This document shows, in pieces, positions 1 through 9,863 of a stretch of DNA of 52,357 bases. The number at the start of each line of letters is the position of its first letter. Within the stretch, counting starts at the first letter, position 1. The notes under the pieces were generated by a model. It was not told where the DNA came from. It did no database searches and saw nothing but the letters and a program-made list of their open reading frames with translations. The DNA comes from an uncultured Clostridia bacterium. Its GTDB lineage: Bacteria; Bacillota; UBA994; UBA5500. Both the position numbers and the translations under genes were made by a program. The stretch lies in NCBI GenBank assembly GCA_964450265.1, contig CAYVCY010000001.1:1-52357 (forward strand), read 5' to 3'.

Positions 1-552
1 ATCGGCAATATGATGGAGCTAGCACAGGAGAAGCGGGGCAGCTTTAAGAACATGGAGTACCTGGATACCAGCCGGGTGGTACTCACCTACGAGTTGCCTT
101 TGTCCGAGATTCTCTACGACTTCTTCGACCAGCTCAAGTCGCGGAGCAAAGGCTACGCTTCGTTGGACTACGATCTGCTGGGTTATCGTCCCAGTCAGCT
201 GGAGCGGTTGGACATTTTGATCGGTGGAGAAGTGGTTGATGCCTTATCCTCCATCGTACACAAGGACCGCGTGTATACACGGGGCAGGGCTTTGGTGGAG
301 AGGCTGCGCCGACTGATTCCCAGACAGATGTTCGATGTCCCGGTGCAGGCGGCGATCGGCAACAAGGTGATCGCCCGTGAAACGGTGAAGGCTCTGCGCA
401 AGGATGTGCTGGCCAAGTGTTATGGGGGAGACATCAGCCGCAAACGTAAGCTGCTGGAGAAACAGAAGGAAGGGAAGAAGCGCATGAAACAGGTGGGGAG
501 CGTAGAAATCCCTCAGGAGGCGTTCATGGCCGTGTTGAAGGTGGAAGAGTGA
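1..552 (+). CDS. lepA: Elongation factor 4 (LepA), C-terminal fragment; the ORF is open at the window's 5' edge
   Basis: The frame is open from nt 1. The translation (..[15 protein letters not shown].., ..[37 protein letters not shown]) matches the conserved LepA C-terminal domain. It lies upstream of hemW-hrcA, as in Bacillus. Confidence 0.9.
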   Translation: MGNMMELAQEKRGSFKNMEYLDTSRVVLTYELPLSEILYDFFDQLKSRSKGYASLDYDLLGYRPSQLERLDILIGGEVVDALSSIVHKDRVYTRGRALVERLRRLIPRQMFDVPVQAAIGNKVIARETVKALRKDVLAKCYGGDISRKRKLLEKQKEGKKRMKQVGSVEIPQEAFMAVLKVEE

Positions 553-1670
553 GTGCCCCCGGGCTGTATATCCATGTGCCCTTTTGCGGCAGCAAGTGTG
601 CGTATTGCGACTTCTACTCCATCACCGTCACTGGCCACCAGGCAGAGTACTTGCAGCTGCTGGAGCGGGAGGCATCCTTCCACCAAGGCATGGACGTGAG
701 CACCATCTTCCTCGGGGGAGGCACACCCAGCCTGCTCACTGAATCAGCTATGTCGGCCGTCCTGGCTATGGTCGGTCGACATTTTCATGTCTCAGCAGGG
801 GCCGAGGTAACCATGGAAGCTAATCCAGGCACTGTCAGCGCCTCATATCTCTCGCTCTGCCGAGCGCAGGGCATCAATCGCCTCAGTCTGGGGGTGCAGT
901 CCTTTAATCCCCGGTTATTGAGGCTATTAGGCCGTCAGCACAGCGCTGAAGATGTGCTGCAAGCAGTCGATTGGGCAGTGGCTGCCGGTTTTGAACACCT
1001 TAGCTTGGACCTAATCTACGGCATTCCCGGACAGACGATGGAGGAATGGCGGCAGACGCTGCGATCTGCCGCTCGCTTGCCTATAGACCACCTCTCCCTC
1101 TATGCTTTGGAGGTACACGCCGACACGCCCCTGGGTAGGGCTGTGGAAGCAGGCACTTATCGGCTGCCCGGAGACGATCTGGTGGCAGCCATGTATCATT
1201 ATGCTCAAGACTATCTTCCGAGGCAGGGTTTGGGCCAATATGAGATATCCAGTTTTGCGCGAGCTGGGGCGGTTTGCCGCCACAACCTGAATTATTGGCA
1301 GAACGGTCAGTACCTGGGGCTGGGCCCGGCCGCTTGCTCCTACCTGCAGGGCCAGCGGTGCTGCAATTCCGCTGATTGGTCAGCCTGGTCGCAGGCTCTC
1401 AGTCGTGGTCAGTCTCCTCCCGCCGAGTGTGAGCAGCTACCTCTTCGGGAGCAGATGGCAGAGACGGTCATTCTGGGACTGCGCCTAGCAGGCGGGGTTG
1501 ATGTACACTCCTTTCACCTTCGCTTTGGCCAAACGTTGGAGCAGGCTTTCGGGCCAGCCATCGACCGATTGGTGCAGCAGGGCGCCCTGCTGCGCACAGA
1601 CCAGGGCTACGCCATCCCAAAGAAGCTTTGGCTGCTGGCTAACCAAGTGATGCTGCAGTTCATGGATTAG
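549..1670 (+). CDS. hemW: Radical SAM heme chaperone HemW / oxygen-independent coproporphyrinogen-III oxidase-like protein
   Basis: Carries the CxxxCxxC radical-SAM motif ([14 protein letters not shown]) and the GGGTPS motif. The GTG start overlaps the lepA stop, and the lepA-hemN/W-hrcA position is conserved. Confidence 0.85.
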   Translation: MSAPGLYIHVPFCGSKCAYCDFYSITVTGHQAEYLQLLEREASFHQGMDVSTIFLGGGTPSLLTESAMSAVLAMVGRHFHVSAGAEVTMEANPGTVSASYLSLCRAQGINRLSLGVQSFNPRLLRLLGRQHSAEDVLQAVDWAVAAGFEHLSLDLIYGIPGQTMEEWRQTLRSAARLPIDHLSLYALEVHADTPLGRAVEAGTYRLPGDDLVAAMYHYAQDYLPRQGLGQYEISSFARAGAVCRHNLNYWQNGQYLGLGPAACSYLQGQRCCNSADWSAWSQALSRGQSPPAECEQLPLREQMAETVILGLRLAGGVDVHSFHLRFGQTLEQAFGPAIDRLVQQGALLRTDQGYAIPKKLWLLANQVMLQFMD

Positions 1671-1678
1671 CCCAATAC

Positions 1679-1708
1679 TTGACAACGGGCGAGGGGCGGT
1701 GCTATGTT
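1679..1708 (+). promoter_or_regulatory. Sigma-A-type promoter of the hrcA operon (TTGACA, 18 nt spacer, TATGTT)
   Basis: TTGACA at 1679-1684 and TATGTT at 1703-1708 lie just upstream of the CIRCE operator. This is the classical arrangement for HrcA-controlled operons. Confidence 0.5.
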
Positions 1709-1721
1709 AAAGATAGGTATA

Positions 1722-1748
1722 TTAGCACTCTACTAAGGAGAGTGCTAA
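1722..1748 (+). promoter_or_regulatory. CIRCE operator (HrcA binding site)
   Basis: TTAGCACTC-tactaagga-GAGTGCTAA is a perfect match to the CIRCE consensus TTAGCACTC-N9-GAGTGCTAA. It ends 17 nt upstream of the hrcA start. Confidence 0.92.
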
Positions 1749-1764
1749 CAATAGGGGTGAAGTC

Positions 1765-2775
1765 ATGGAGCTTGATGAAAGGAAACGACGAGTGTTGTAT
1801 GCTATTGTCCATGACTACATTCAGACTGCTGAACCGGTCGGTTCGCGCACCGTCTCCCGTCGCTACGACCTGGGGGTCAGCCCGGCTACCATCCGCAACG
1901 AAATGTCCGACTTGGAAGAGATGGGGCTCTTGGAACAGCCGCATACGTCCGCCGGCCGCATTCCTTCAGATCTCGGCTATCGCTTCTATGTCGATTCGTT
2001 GCTGCAGTTGCCGCGCCCTTCCAGCCAGGAGCAAGCACAGATCAGCCGGCTTCTTTCCTCGCGCATCCGGGGAGCGGAGCAGATAGTGCAGCAGTTGGCG
2101 CGGCTGTTATCATCGCTGACCAACTACACCGCCATTGTCACCGGTCCCACTGAGCCGAAGGCCAGACTGAGACAAATACAGTTGGTGCCTTTGAGCGAGC
2201 GCTCGCTGTTATTGGTGGGGATTACCGACGGTGGTCTGTTGCTGAACAGCTTGATCGAGGCGTCTGGAGAGGTGGATGCGCTCAGTCTGGAGAAATTGCA
2301 GAATTGGCTCAATCATCGCTTGACCGGTCTGACCTTGGAGCAGATCAGAACCTGGGATATAAGGCTGTTGCAGAGCGAGTTGAGCAGTGGTATCGTGCTG
2401 CTGGATAGCATTTTGGATGAGCTCTGCGGGCTGGTAGCCAGCTCCGCGGGCAGGGTCTATCTGGGCGGTACAACTAACATGCTCCGGCAACCGGAGTTTC
2501 GTGACTTTGATAAGGTGCAAGCTGTCTTGCAGATGTTGGAGCAAGAGGAGCTGATCTGGAACTGGCTGATGCAGGCGGAACCGGGAAGCGTGTCCATCGG
2601 CGCAGAGAATGCCCATGCGGCAATGCAGTTTTGCAGCCTGGTCACAGCCGAATATCGTTTGCCTAGCGGCTTGATCGGCCGGTTTGGGCTCTTGGGTCCT
2701 ACTCGCATGGATTATGACCGGGTTTTGTCCTTGATGCAGCACATCTGCCTCACCTTAGATCAGTTGTTTGAGTAG
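1765..2775 (+). CDS. hrcA: Heat-inducible transcription repressor HrcA
   Basis: The N-terminal winged helix reads LDERKRRVLYAIVHDYIQTAEPVGSRTV..LGVSPATIRNEMSDLEEMGLLEQPHTSAGRIP. The length is 336 aa and CIRCE lies upstream. Confidence 0.95.
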   Translation: MELDERKRRVLYAIVHDYIQTAEPVGSRTVSRRYDLGVSPATIRNEMSDLEEMGLLEQPHTSAGRIPSDLGYRFYVDSLLQLPRPSSQEQAQISRLLSSRIRGAEQIVQQLARLLSSLTNYTAIVTGPTEPKARLRQIQLVPLSERSLLLVGITDGGLLLNSLIEASGEVDALSLEKLQNWLNHRLTGLTLEQIRTWDIRLLQSELSSGIVLLDSILDELCGLVASSAGRVYLGGTTNMLRQPEFRDFDKVQAVLQMLEQEELIWNWLMQAEPGSVSIGAENAHAAMQFCSLVTAEYRLPSGLIGRFGLLGPTRMDYDRVLSLMQHICLTLDQLFE

Positions 2776-2779
2776 TGCG

Positions 2780-2803
2780 AGGGGGTGGGGTCGCCCCGCC
2801 CCT
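2780..2803 (+). promoter_or_regulatory. GC-rich stem-loop between hrcA and the chaperonin gene, with no U-tract
   Basis: aggggGTGGGGtcgCCCCgCCCCt forms nested G/C stems and is followed by ccttgtacc. It could be an mRNA processing or stability element, or a weak attenuator. Confidence 0.3.
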
Positions 2804-2858
2804 CCTTGTACCAACTTGGGTTTGCTAGAGAGTTGCGATTGATGAAAGGGGAAGTGGG

Positions 2859-4430
2859 ATGGCGACAAAACAGCTGAATAACAGCTCAGAGGTGGATGAG
2901 AAGCTGGCGGCTTTGATGACCAATGCGGCTGCAATCCAAGGCATTGCAGCTGCCGTGGAGGGAACCATCGGTCCAAAGGGCTTGGACACCATGTTGGTCG
3001 ATCGCTTCGGTGACGTGGTGATCACCAACGCAGGCGTAACCATTTTGGATAAGATGGAGGTAAATCATCCGGCAGCTCGTCTGCTGATCAACATTGCCAA
3101 GGCGCAGCAGGACGAGATCGGCGATGGCACCACTACCGCCACTATCATGGCCGGAGCGCTGGTCACCGAAGGTGTCAACCAGGTGGTCAGAGGGGTTCCG
3201 GTGACCCGGGTGATCGAGGGGATGCGGGTAGGTATAGAGGCAGCTCTCCGCTTCGTAGAGCGGCGATCCCGTCAGGTCACCAGTCTGCAGGACCCAATGC
3301 TGGAGCGTATCGCCTACATATCGGGCAGAGAGCATCGGGACATCGCCGAACTGGTGGTGTCTGCGGCACGGTTGATTGGCGACGAGAAGCTATGCGACCA
3401 GTCCTTCAAGCTGGCGGATACCATCATCGCCCAGGAGGGTGCCCAAAACGAGGTCTTCATGGGCGTAATTTTGGACAAAGAACGCTTAAACAAGCAGATG
3501 CCGACGAAACAGCAGCGACTGAAGGTGTTGGTGATCGACGATGCACTGGAGCCAGAAGAGATAGAGGACGAAGCTTTAGGAACCGAGGCCGGGTTCAACA
3601 AGTACCTGGAACTGCAGCACGAGTTCCAACGGAATTTGGAGAAGATAATCTCAACCGGAGTCAATTTGGTCTTGGTTGACCGGGGCGTGCATGACCAGGC
3701 AGAGGAAGCCCTGACCGATGCAAATGTCACCGTGCTCTCGCGGGTGTCCTCTCGGGAACTGCGTCTGGCAGCTGAGCATACTGGTGCTAGGATGATCAAG
3801 CGCAGCGCACTAAAGAAGGATGATGCCGAGCTGGTGCGCTATCTTGGCCAGGCCGAACATGCCTATGAGGATGAGAAGCTAGGGCAATGGCGTTTGATCG
3901 GAGGAACTGGCAAGCCGATGGCGACAATTCTGGTGGGGGCAGCCACTTCCGAAGTGGTCGGGGAGCGCGAACGGATCGCTAAGGATGCGGCCTCTTCCAC
4001 CCAAGCCGCCATCCGTGGAGGCTATGTCCCCGGTGGTGGTGCAGTGGAGTTGGCAGCGGCTCGGGATGTGGAGAAATCCCGTGCAACCATCAAGGGGATG
4101 GCGGCTTACGGCGTCGACTGTGTCTCGTCAGCGTTACGCCGCCCCATGTCACAGATCGTGTCCAATGCCGGCTTCAATCCCCTGGAGAAGGTGGAGGACG
4201 TGATCGCTGCTCAGGCCGAGCAGAACAAAGACAGCCTGGCCATCGATTGCGACGACGGCAGTGTAGCTGATATGTTAGCCCTCGGTGTGGTCGATCCGAC
4301 CTTGGTCAAGCTGCATGCCCTCCGGGCTGCTTCCGAGATATCAGAAGCGATTTTGCGTATCGACACGATTATCAAGAAGAAGGATGGCGAAGAAGGTGGA
4401 AGGACGCCTGCTGGGGGCAGTGGCGACTAG
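2859..4430 (+). CDS. Thermosome/CCT-like (group II-like) chaperonin, Cpn60/TCP-1 family
   Basis: Motifs GPKGLD, NAGVTILDKMEVNHPAA, EIGDGTTT (nt 3120-3137), VPGGGAVE and VDPTLVK follow the thermosome pattern rather than GroEL. The RBS is aagggga-6 nt-ATG. The gene is 523 aa and sits between hrcA and grpE. Confidence 0.85.
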   Translation: MATKQLNNSSEVDEKLAALMTNAAAIQGIAAAVEGTIGPKGLDTMLVDRFGDVVITNAGVTILDKMEVNHPAARLLINIAKAQQDEIGDGTTTATIMAGALVTEGVNQVVRGVPVTRVIEGMRVGIEAALRFVERRSRQVTSLQDPMLERIAYISGREHRDIAELVVSAARLIGDEKLCDQSFKLADTIIAQEGAQNEVFMGVILDKERLNKQMPTKQQRLKVLVIDDALEPEEIEDEALGTEAGFNKYLELQHEFQRNLEKIISTGVNLVLVDRGVHDQAEEALTDANVTVLSRVSSRELRLAAEHTGARMIKRSALKKDDAELVRYLGQAEHAYEDEKLGQWRLIGGTGKPMATILVGAATSEVVGERERIAKDAASSTQAAIRGGYVPGGGAVELAAARDVEKSRATIKGMAAYGVDCVSSALRRPMSQIVSNAGFNPLEKVEDVIAAQAEQNKDSLAIDCDDGSVADMLALGVVDPTLVKLHALRAASEISEAILRIDTIIKKKDGEEGGRTPAGGSGD

Positions 4431-4432
4431 TA

Positions 4433-4990
4433 GTGATTGGAGAGGTGACACCCTTGAAACAGGAGACAATACACTCAGCTGACGAGCAGCAGCACAGGGC
4501 TCAGGGAGAATGCGATCCAGAGCAGGCGGCAGAGGAGGAGACTGCTCAAGAGCCTGTCGATCAGCGAGAACAGCTGATTGCAGAGCTGGAGCAGAGGATG
4601 ATTCGCCTGCATGCTGATTTTGACAACTATCGCAAACGCACTCAGCGCGAGCGTGAAGAGCAGGCCATCTGGGTTGAGGCTGAGCTGGTGCGCAAACTAT
4701 TGCCAGTGTTGGATAATTTTGAACGGGCGCTCGAAGCTATGCCCGAGGAGCAATCATGGGCAGAGGGGGTCAAGCTAGTCTACCGCCAGCTGTTGGATGT
4801 GTTGACTCAGCAGGGGTTGACGCTCACCGATTGCGGGCAGCCCTTTGATCCTAATTTACATGAAGCGGTGATGCGGGATGATAGTGGGACTGAGCCTGAC
4901 GGGACTATTTTGCAGGAACTGCAGCGAGGATATCAGTACAAAGGCAAGCTGCTGAGGCCGAGCATGGTTAAAGTGGCGAACCGATCCTAA
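4433..4990 (+). CDS. grpE: Nucleotide exchange factor GrpE
   Basis: Contains ..RLHADFDNYRKRTQRE..LLPVLDNFERAL..QGL..FDPNLHEAV... The GTG start is 2 nt after the chaperonin stop, and the position before dnaK is canonical. Confidence 0.9.
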   Translation: MIGEVTPLKQETIHSADEQQHRAQGECDPEQAAEEETAQEPVDQREQLIAELEQRMIRLHADFDNYRKRTQREREEQAIWVEAELVRKLLPVLDNFERALEAMPEEQSWAEGVKLVYRQLLDVLTQQGLTLTDCGQPFDPNLHEAVMRDDSGTEPDGTILQELQRGYQYKGKLLRPSMVKVANRS

Positions 4991-5080
4991 AGGCTGATCA
5001 TTGGCCAATCGCTCTCCTTAGTTGCTTGTGCAACTGTCATGCTTATTCATATCGCAAGTCTTATTGGGAGGTAGGAGAAG

Positions 5081-6928
5081 ATGTCCAAAGTAATCGGAAT
5101 CGACTTGGGTACGACCAACTCGGTCGTAGCGGTGCTGGAAGGTGGCGAGCCAGTGGTGATCACCAATGCAGAGGGCTCCAGGCTGACCCCCTCTGTGGTT
5201 GGGTTTTCCAAGAGTGGAGAGATGCTGGTGGGCAACGTAGGCAAGCGCCAAGCGGTGAGCAATCCTGACCGCACTGTCAGTTCGGTCAAGCGACATATGG
5301 GGACCACCTGGAACAGCAAGATCGACGACAAGACGTATACGCCGCAGGAGATCTCGGCCTTCATTCTGCGTAAGTTGAAGCAGGATGCCGAGAGTTACCT
5401 CGGTGAGAAGGTCACCCAAGCGGTGATCACCGTTCCGGCCTATTTCACTGATAGCCAACGGCAGGCCACCAAAGATGCCGGTAAGATCGCCGGGTTGGAG
5501 GTGCTGCGCATCATCAACGAGCCGACGGCTGCCGCTCTGGCGTACGGAGTAGATAAGAGCCAGGACCATACCATTTTGGTCTTCGACTTAGGTGGAGGTA
5601 CCTTCGACGTCTCCATTTTGGAGATGGGCGATGGCATCTTTGAAGTGAAGGCTACCGCCGGCAACAACCGCCTGGGTGGAGACGACTTTGACCAACGGAT
5701 AGTCGACTATCTGGTACGGGAGTTTAGGCGTGAACAGGGAATAGATCTATCCAAGGATCGCATGGCGCTGCAGCGGCTGAGTGAAGCTGCGGAGAAGGCT
5801 AAGATAGAGCTTTCTAGCCTAGTGACTACTAATATCAATCTGCCGTTTATCACTGCCGATCAGAACGGGCCGAAGCATTTGGACATCACTTTGACCAGGG
5901 CTAAGTTCGAAGAGCTGACCCATGACCTGGTGGAGAAGGCAATGGGTCCTGCCCGTCAGGCGATAGCAGACTCCAAGTTGAAGCCGTCGGAGATTCACCG
6001 TGTGATCCTGGTTGGCGGCTCTACCCGTATCCCGGCCGTGCAGGAGGCTGTGAAGAAGCTGACCGGTAAGGAACCGCATAAGGGCGTCAACCCTGACGAA
6101 GTGGTGGCCATGGGTGCTGCCTTGCAGGCAGGCATGCTGGCTGGAGATGTCAAGGGAGTGGTGCTGTTGGATGTTACACCGCTTTCATTGGGCATTGAAA
6201 CTATGGGCGGTGTATCCACCAAATTGATCGAACGCAATACCACGATTCCTACCGAGAAGAGCCAGATCTTTTCTACCGCTGCCGATCAGCAGACCAGTGT
6301 GGAGATCCATGTGCTGCAGGGGGAGAGATCGATGGCGGCCCAGAACGTGACCTTGGGGCGCTTCATGTTGGATGGCATTCCGCCAGCACCGCGGGGCGTG
6401 CCTAAGATCGAGGTTAAGTTTGATATCGACGTCAACGGAATCGTCAATGTCACTGCCCGGGATATGGCTACCAACAAGTCGCAGCATATCACCATCACAT
6501 CTTCCAGCGGCCTCTCGGAGGAAGAGATCGAGCGCATGGTCAAGGATGCTGAACAGAACGCTGCCGACGATGAGAAGTTCAAACAGCTGGCCGAGTTGAG
6601 AAACAGCGCTGATCACCTCGCCTATTCCACCGAGAAGATGCTGAAGGATCTGGGAGACAAGGTCCCTGCAGAACAGGTAACCACCATCAATGCTGCGGTG
6701 GAAAAGGTGCGCACCGCGATCAAGGGCGAGGACTTGGAGGCGATCAAGGAGGCCAACGAGGAACTGACAAAGCACGTTAACGAATTATCCACGATGTTGT
6801 ATAATCAGGCTGGAGCAGATGGTCAGGCGGCAGGTGGCGAACCGAACCAGCAGGGACCTGCCGATGAAACCATCGACGCCGATTACCAGGTAGATGAGGA
6901 CGATCCTGAACACAAGCAGGGGTATTGA
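5081..6928 (+). CDS. dnaK: Molecular chaperone DnaK (Hsp70)
   Basis: Begins [18 protein letters not shown] and contains [26 protein letters not shown] and other Hsp70 signatures. The RBS is gggagg. Confidence 0.98.
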   Translation: MSKVIGIDLGTTNSVVAVLEGGEPVVITNAEGSRLTPSVVGFSKSGEMLVGNVGKRQAVSNPDRTVSSVKRHMGTTWNSKIDDKTYTPQEISAFILRKLKQDAESYLGEKVTQAVITVPAYFTDSQRQATKDAGKIAGLEVLRIINEPTAAALAYGVDKSQDHTILVFDLGGGTFDVSILEMGDGIFEVKATAGNNRLGGDDFDQRIVDYLVREFRREQGIDLSKDRMALQRLSEAAEKAKIELSSLVTTNINLPFITADQNGPKHLDITLTRAKFEELTHDLVEKAMGPARQAIADSKLKPSEIHRVILVGGSTRIPAVQEAVKKLTGKEPHKGVNPDEVVAMGAALQAGMLAGDVKGVVLLDVTPLSLGIETMGGVSTKLIERNTTIPTEKSQIFSTAADQQTSVEIHVLQGERSMAAQNVTLGRFMLDGIPPAPRGVPKIEVKFDIDVNGIVNVTARDMATNKSQHITITSSSGLSEEEIERMVKDAEQNAADDEKFKQLAELRNSADHLAYSTEKMLKDLGDKVPAEQVTTINAAVEKVRTAIKGEDLEAIKEANEELTKHVNELSTMLYNQAGADGQAAGGEPNQQGPADETIDADYQVDEDDPEHKQGY

Positions 6929-6982
6929 TCAACCTTTGCTTGACGTAGTTTGAGACTCGATGCTTGGCTAGTGAGATGCGGT

Positions 6983-7004
6983 GGGGGTTAGCTGACTAAC
7001 CCCC
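6983..7004 (+). terminator. Stem-loop between dnaK and dnaJ (partial terminator or attenuator)
   Basis: GGGGGTTAG-ctga-CTAACCCCC is a perfect 9-bp stem. Only a weak T-tract (cctgctttattc) follows. An internal dnaK/dnaJ hairpin is common in dnaK operons. Confidence 0.4.
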
Positions 7005-7031
7005 CCTGCTTTATTCAGGGGGGAGCGACCT

Positions 7032-8180
7032 TTGGCGAAGAGAGATTATTATGAAGTGCTGGGTGTCCCTAAGGACGCCAGCGACGACGATATCAAGAAA
7101 GCGTATCGGAAGGCCGCCCATAAATACCATCCGGACGCTAACAAGGACGACCCGCAAGCGGTAGAGAAGTTCAAGGAAGCGACCGAAGCTTATCAGGTGC
7201 TGAGTGACGCAGAGAAGCGGGCTCAGTATGACCAGATGGGTCATGCGGCCTTCGATCAGCAAGGTTTCGATCCCGGTCAGGGCTTCGATTTCTCCGGCTT
7301 TGGCGGCGGTGGTCTGGATGATATCTTGGAGATGATGTTTGGCGGCGGCTTTGGCGGCGGACGGCGCAGCCGCCAGAGGGGCCCCGAGCGGGGAGCGGAT
7401 ATCAGCTACCAGATGGAAGTTGATTTCTACGATTCGGTATTTGGGCGCTCAGTAGAGCTGGAACTCCCGCGGACAGAGGCTTGCACTGCTTGCCAAGGCA
7501 CAGGGGCTGAGCCGGGGACCAGCCCGAAGACCTGTCCCGATTGTCACGGCACCGGACAGGTACAGTACGCCCAGAACACGCCTTTTGGTCGCATTATGAC
7601 CGCCCGCACCTGTAGTCGCTGCGGTGGCAGTGGCAGCTATATAGAGCAACCTTGTAAGCAATGTGCCGGTCGCGGCACTGTGCGTCGTAACCGGAAGGTG
7701 ACCATTAAGGTGCCGGCGGGGGTGAACGATGGGTCTCGCCTGCGTTTGGCCGGCGAGGGAGAGGCCGGACAACGGGGAGGTCCGCCGGGCGATCTGTTTG
7801 TCTTTGTCAGGGTGCGACCGCATCATCGCTTCACCCGTGAAGGCCTCGATCTGATCGCTAATCAGACCATCAGCTTCCCCAAAGCTACTCTCGGCGGAAC
7901 GGTGAAAGTGGAAACGCTGGATGGGGATCTGCAGGACCTGACTGTTCCTGCCGGGACTCAGACCGGCACCATACTGCGCATCAAAGGGCGGGGGGTGCCA
8001 CGATTAGGAGGCACCTATCGCGGCGACTTGCTGATCAGAACCACCGTGGAAACACCGCGCAAGCTGTCCAGTAAGCAGCGGGAACTGATGCGGGCTTTGG
8101 CAGAGAGCATGGGTGAAGAGGTGTCGGAAGACAAGGGTTTCTTAGGCAAAGTAAGGGATGTCTTTGGCAAGAACGATTAA
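7032..8180 (+). CDS. dnaJ: Co-chaperone DnaJ (Hsp40)
   Basis: Has a J-domain ([11 protein letters not shown]), a G/F-rich linker and four CxxCxGxG zinc-finger repeats ([32 protein letters not shown]). A TTG start follows a gggggga RBS. Confidence 0.95.
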   Translation: MAKRDYYEVLGVPKDASDDDIKKAYRKAAHKYHPDANKDDPQAVEKFKEATEAYQVLSDAEKRAQYDQMGHAAFDQQGFDPGQGFDFSGFGGGGLDDILEMMFGGGFGGGRRSRQRGPERGADISYQMEVDFYDSVFGRSVELELPRTEACTACQGTGAEPGTSPKTCPDCHGTGQVQYAQNTPFGRIMTARTCSRCGGSGSYIEQPCKQCAGRGTVRRNRKVTIKVPAGVNDGSRLRLAGEGEAGQRGGPPGDLFVFVRVRPHHRFTREGLDLIANQTISFPKATLGGTVKVETLDGDLQDLTVPAGTQTGTILRIKGRGVPRLGGTYRGDLLIRTTVETPRKLSSKQRELMRALAESMGEEVSEDKGFLGKVRDVFGKND

Positions 8181-8194
8181 GGGGGCTGACTAGA

Positions 8195-9121
8195 GTGAAG
8201 TGGATGGAGATCGCAGTCACCACCTCGCAGGAAGCGAAGGAAGCAGCTGCCGACATACTCTATCAGAGCGGGGCAGATGGCCTCGTGATTGAGGATGCGA
8301 TACCAGCAGTCTTAGAGGCCGATGTGGAAGACTATAGCGATCTTCCGGAAGACAATTTCCCTCTGGAGGAGGTTCGCTTAGTCGCCTATCTGCCCATCGA
8401 TCAGTCCCTGCCGGAAAAGATCGATTCCATTCGCCAGTCGGTGGCCGCCTTAGCGGATTTTGATCTGGATCCCAGCCCGGCGGAGATTACCCTGCAGGAA
8501 GTGGAAGACGCCGATTGGGGCAGCGCTTGGAAAGCGTTCTATCGGCCGATCCAATTGGGACGGAATCTGTTGATCAAGCCTACCTGGGAAGAGGTGGCGC
8601 CAGACGGAAGGCTGGTGCTGGAACTGGATCCCGGAATGGCTTTTGGCACCGGCACGCATCCCACGACAGTGATGTGTCTGGAGATACTAGAGTCGTTGAT
8701 CCGTGGGGGTGAGCAAGTGATCGATGTGGGATGCGGTTCAGGCATCCTCTCTATCGCTGCTGCCAAACTGGGTGCTGCCGAGGTGCAGTCCTTGGATTAT
8801 GATCCGATGGCTATCAAGGTAGCAGCTGAAAATGTGGCGCTAAATGGGGTGGAGGATCGGGTATCGGCTCGCGAAAGCAACTTGCTCAGTGCGGCTTGGG
8901 GCAAGGCCGATCTGATTGTGGCCAACATTATTGCCCGGGTAATTATCGACCTGATCCCGAGCCTGACTGCTCACCTAAAGCCAGCAGGCGTTTTTATCGC
9001 TTCTGGGATCATCGAGGAGAAGTTGCCGCCGGTGCTGCAGATCCTCGATGCTCACGGTTACACGGTCTCCGAGGAACGGCGCTCTGGTGACTGGGTGGCA
9101 TTAACCTGTAAACGGAGGTGA
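8195..9121 (+). CDS. prmA: Ribosomal protein L11 methyltransferase PrmA
   Basis: Contains WKAFYRPIQ..LDPGMAFGTGTHPTT..VIDVGCGSGILSIAA. The position after dnaJ is conserved. Confidence 0.9.
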   Translation: MKWMEIAVTTSQEAKEAAADILYQSGADGLVIEDAIPAVLEADVEDYSDLPEDNFPLEEVRLVAYLPIDQSLPEKIDSIRQSVAALADFDLDPSPAEITLQEVEDADWGSAWKAFYRPIQLGRNLLIKPTWEEVAPDGRLVLELDPGMAFGTGTHPTTVMCLEILESLIRGGEQVIDVGCGSGILSIAAAKLGAAEVQSLDYDPMAIKVAAENVALNGVEDRVSARESNLLSAAWGKADLIVANIIARVIIDLIPSLTAHLKPAGVFIASGIIEEKLPPVLQILDAHGYTVSEERRSGDWVALTCKRR

Positions 9122-9128
9122 ACGGGCC

Positions 9129-9863
9129 ATGGCCCGTTTTTTTCTGCCAGGAGTGGCAGTATCAGCTGAAGTGACAATTTCTGCAGAGGACGCCAGGCAT
9201 ATCGCCCGTGCACTGCGCATGCGCCCTGGTGAACTGATCGAGGTAGTGCTTGCCGGGCAGGCCTATCAGGCGGAACTGCTCGCGGTGAGCGCCGAGACTG
9301 TGACGGCTAGGCTGGGTCGGCAGCTGCCGGATAGCGAGTCTCCGCTGGAGATATACTTGTACCAGGCTTTGCCTAAAGGGGACAAGATGGAGCTGATTGT
9401 TCAAAAAGCTACCGAATTGGGCGTGAAGGAAGTCGTCCCGCTGCTGAGCGATCGAGTGGTGGTTAAGTGGAAGGATTCTTCCGGTGGCCAGAGGCTGAGG
9501 CGATGGCAGCGCATAGCCGAGGAGGCGGCCAAGCAAAGCCGCCGTTTGGTGGTGCCCACCATCCGCAAACCCATGTCGCTGGAGCAGCTACCGGTGCGCA
9601 CAGATCGTCTGCGTCTAGTGGCGTGGGAGCTATCTGCCCAACCTCTCGCCGATCTGCTGGCCGAGCGCCAGCCCAGTGCGGTTGATCTGGTTGTTGGGCC
9701 AGAGGGAGGGCTGAGTGAGGACGAGGTGGAGCACCTGGGCGAGCTCGGTTTTCATGGTGTGAGCTTGGGGCCACGCATTCTGCGCACAGAGACAGCGGCC
9801 TTGGTGTTACTCGCCGTATTGCAGTATCGGTGGGGCGACTTGGGGGGGCGGACGGTATGTTAA
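9129..9863 (+). CDS. rsmE: 16S rRNA (uracil1498-N3)-methyltransferase RsmE
   Basis: Begins MARFF..., contains HIARALRMRPGE and a C-terminal GPEGGLSEDEV..LGPRILRTETAA (SPOUT fold). The position after prmA is conserved. Confidence 0.9.
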   Translation: MARFFLPGVAVSAEVTISAEDARHIARALRMRPGELIEVVLAGQAYQAELLAVSAETVTARLGRQLPDSESPLEIYLYQALPKGDKMELIVQKATELGVKEVVPLLSDRVVVKWKDSSGGQRLRRWQRIAEEAAKQSRRLVVPTIRKPMSLEQLPVRTDRLRLVAWELSAQPLADLLAERQPSAVDLVVGPEGGLSEDEVEHLGELGFHGVSLGPRILRTETAALVLLAVLQYRWGDLGGRTVC

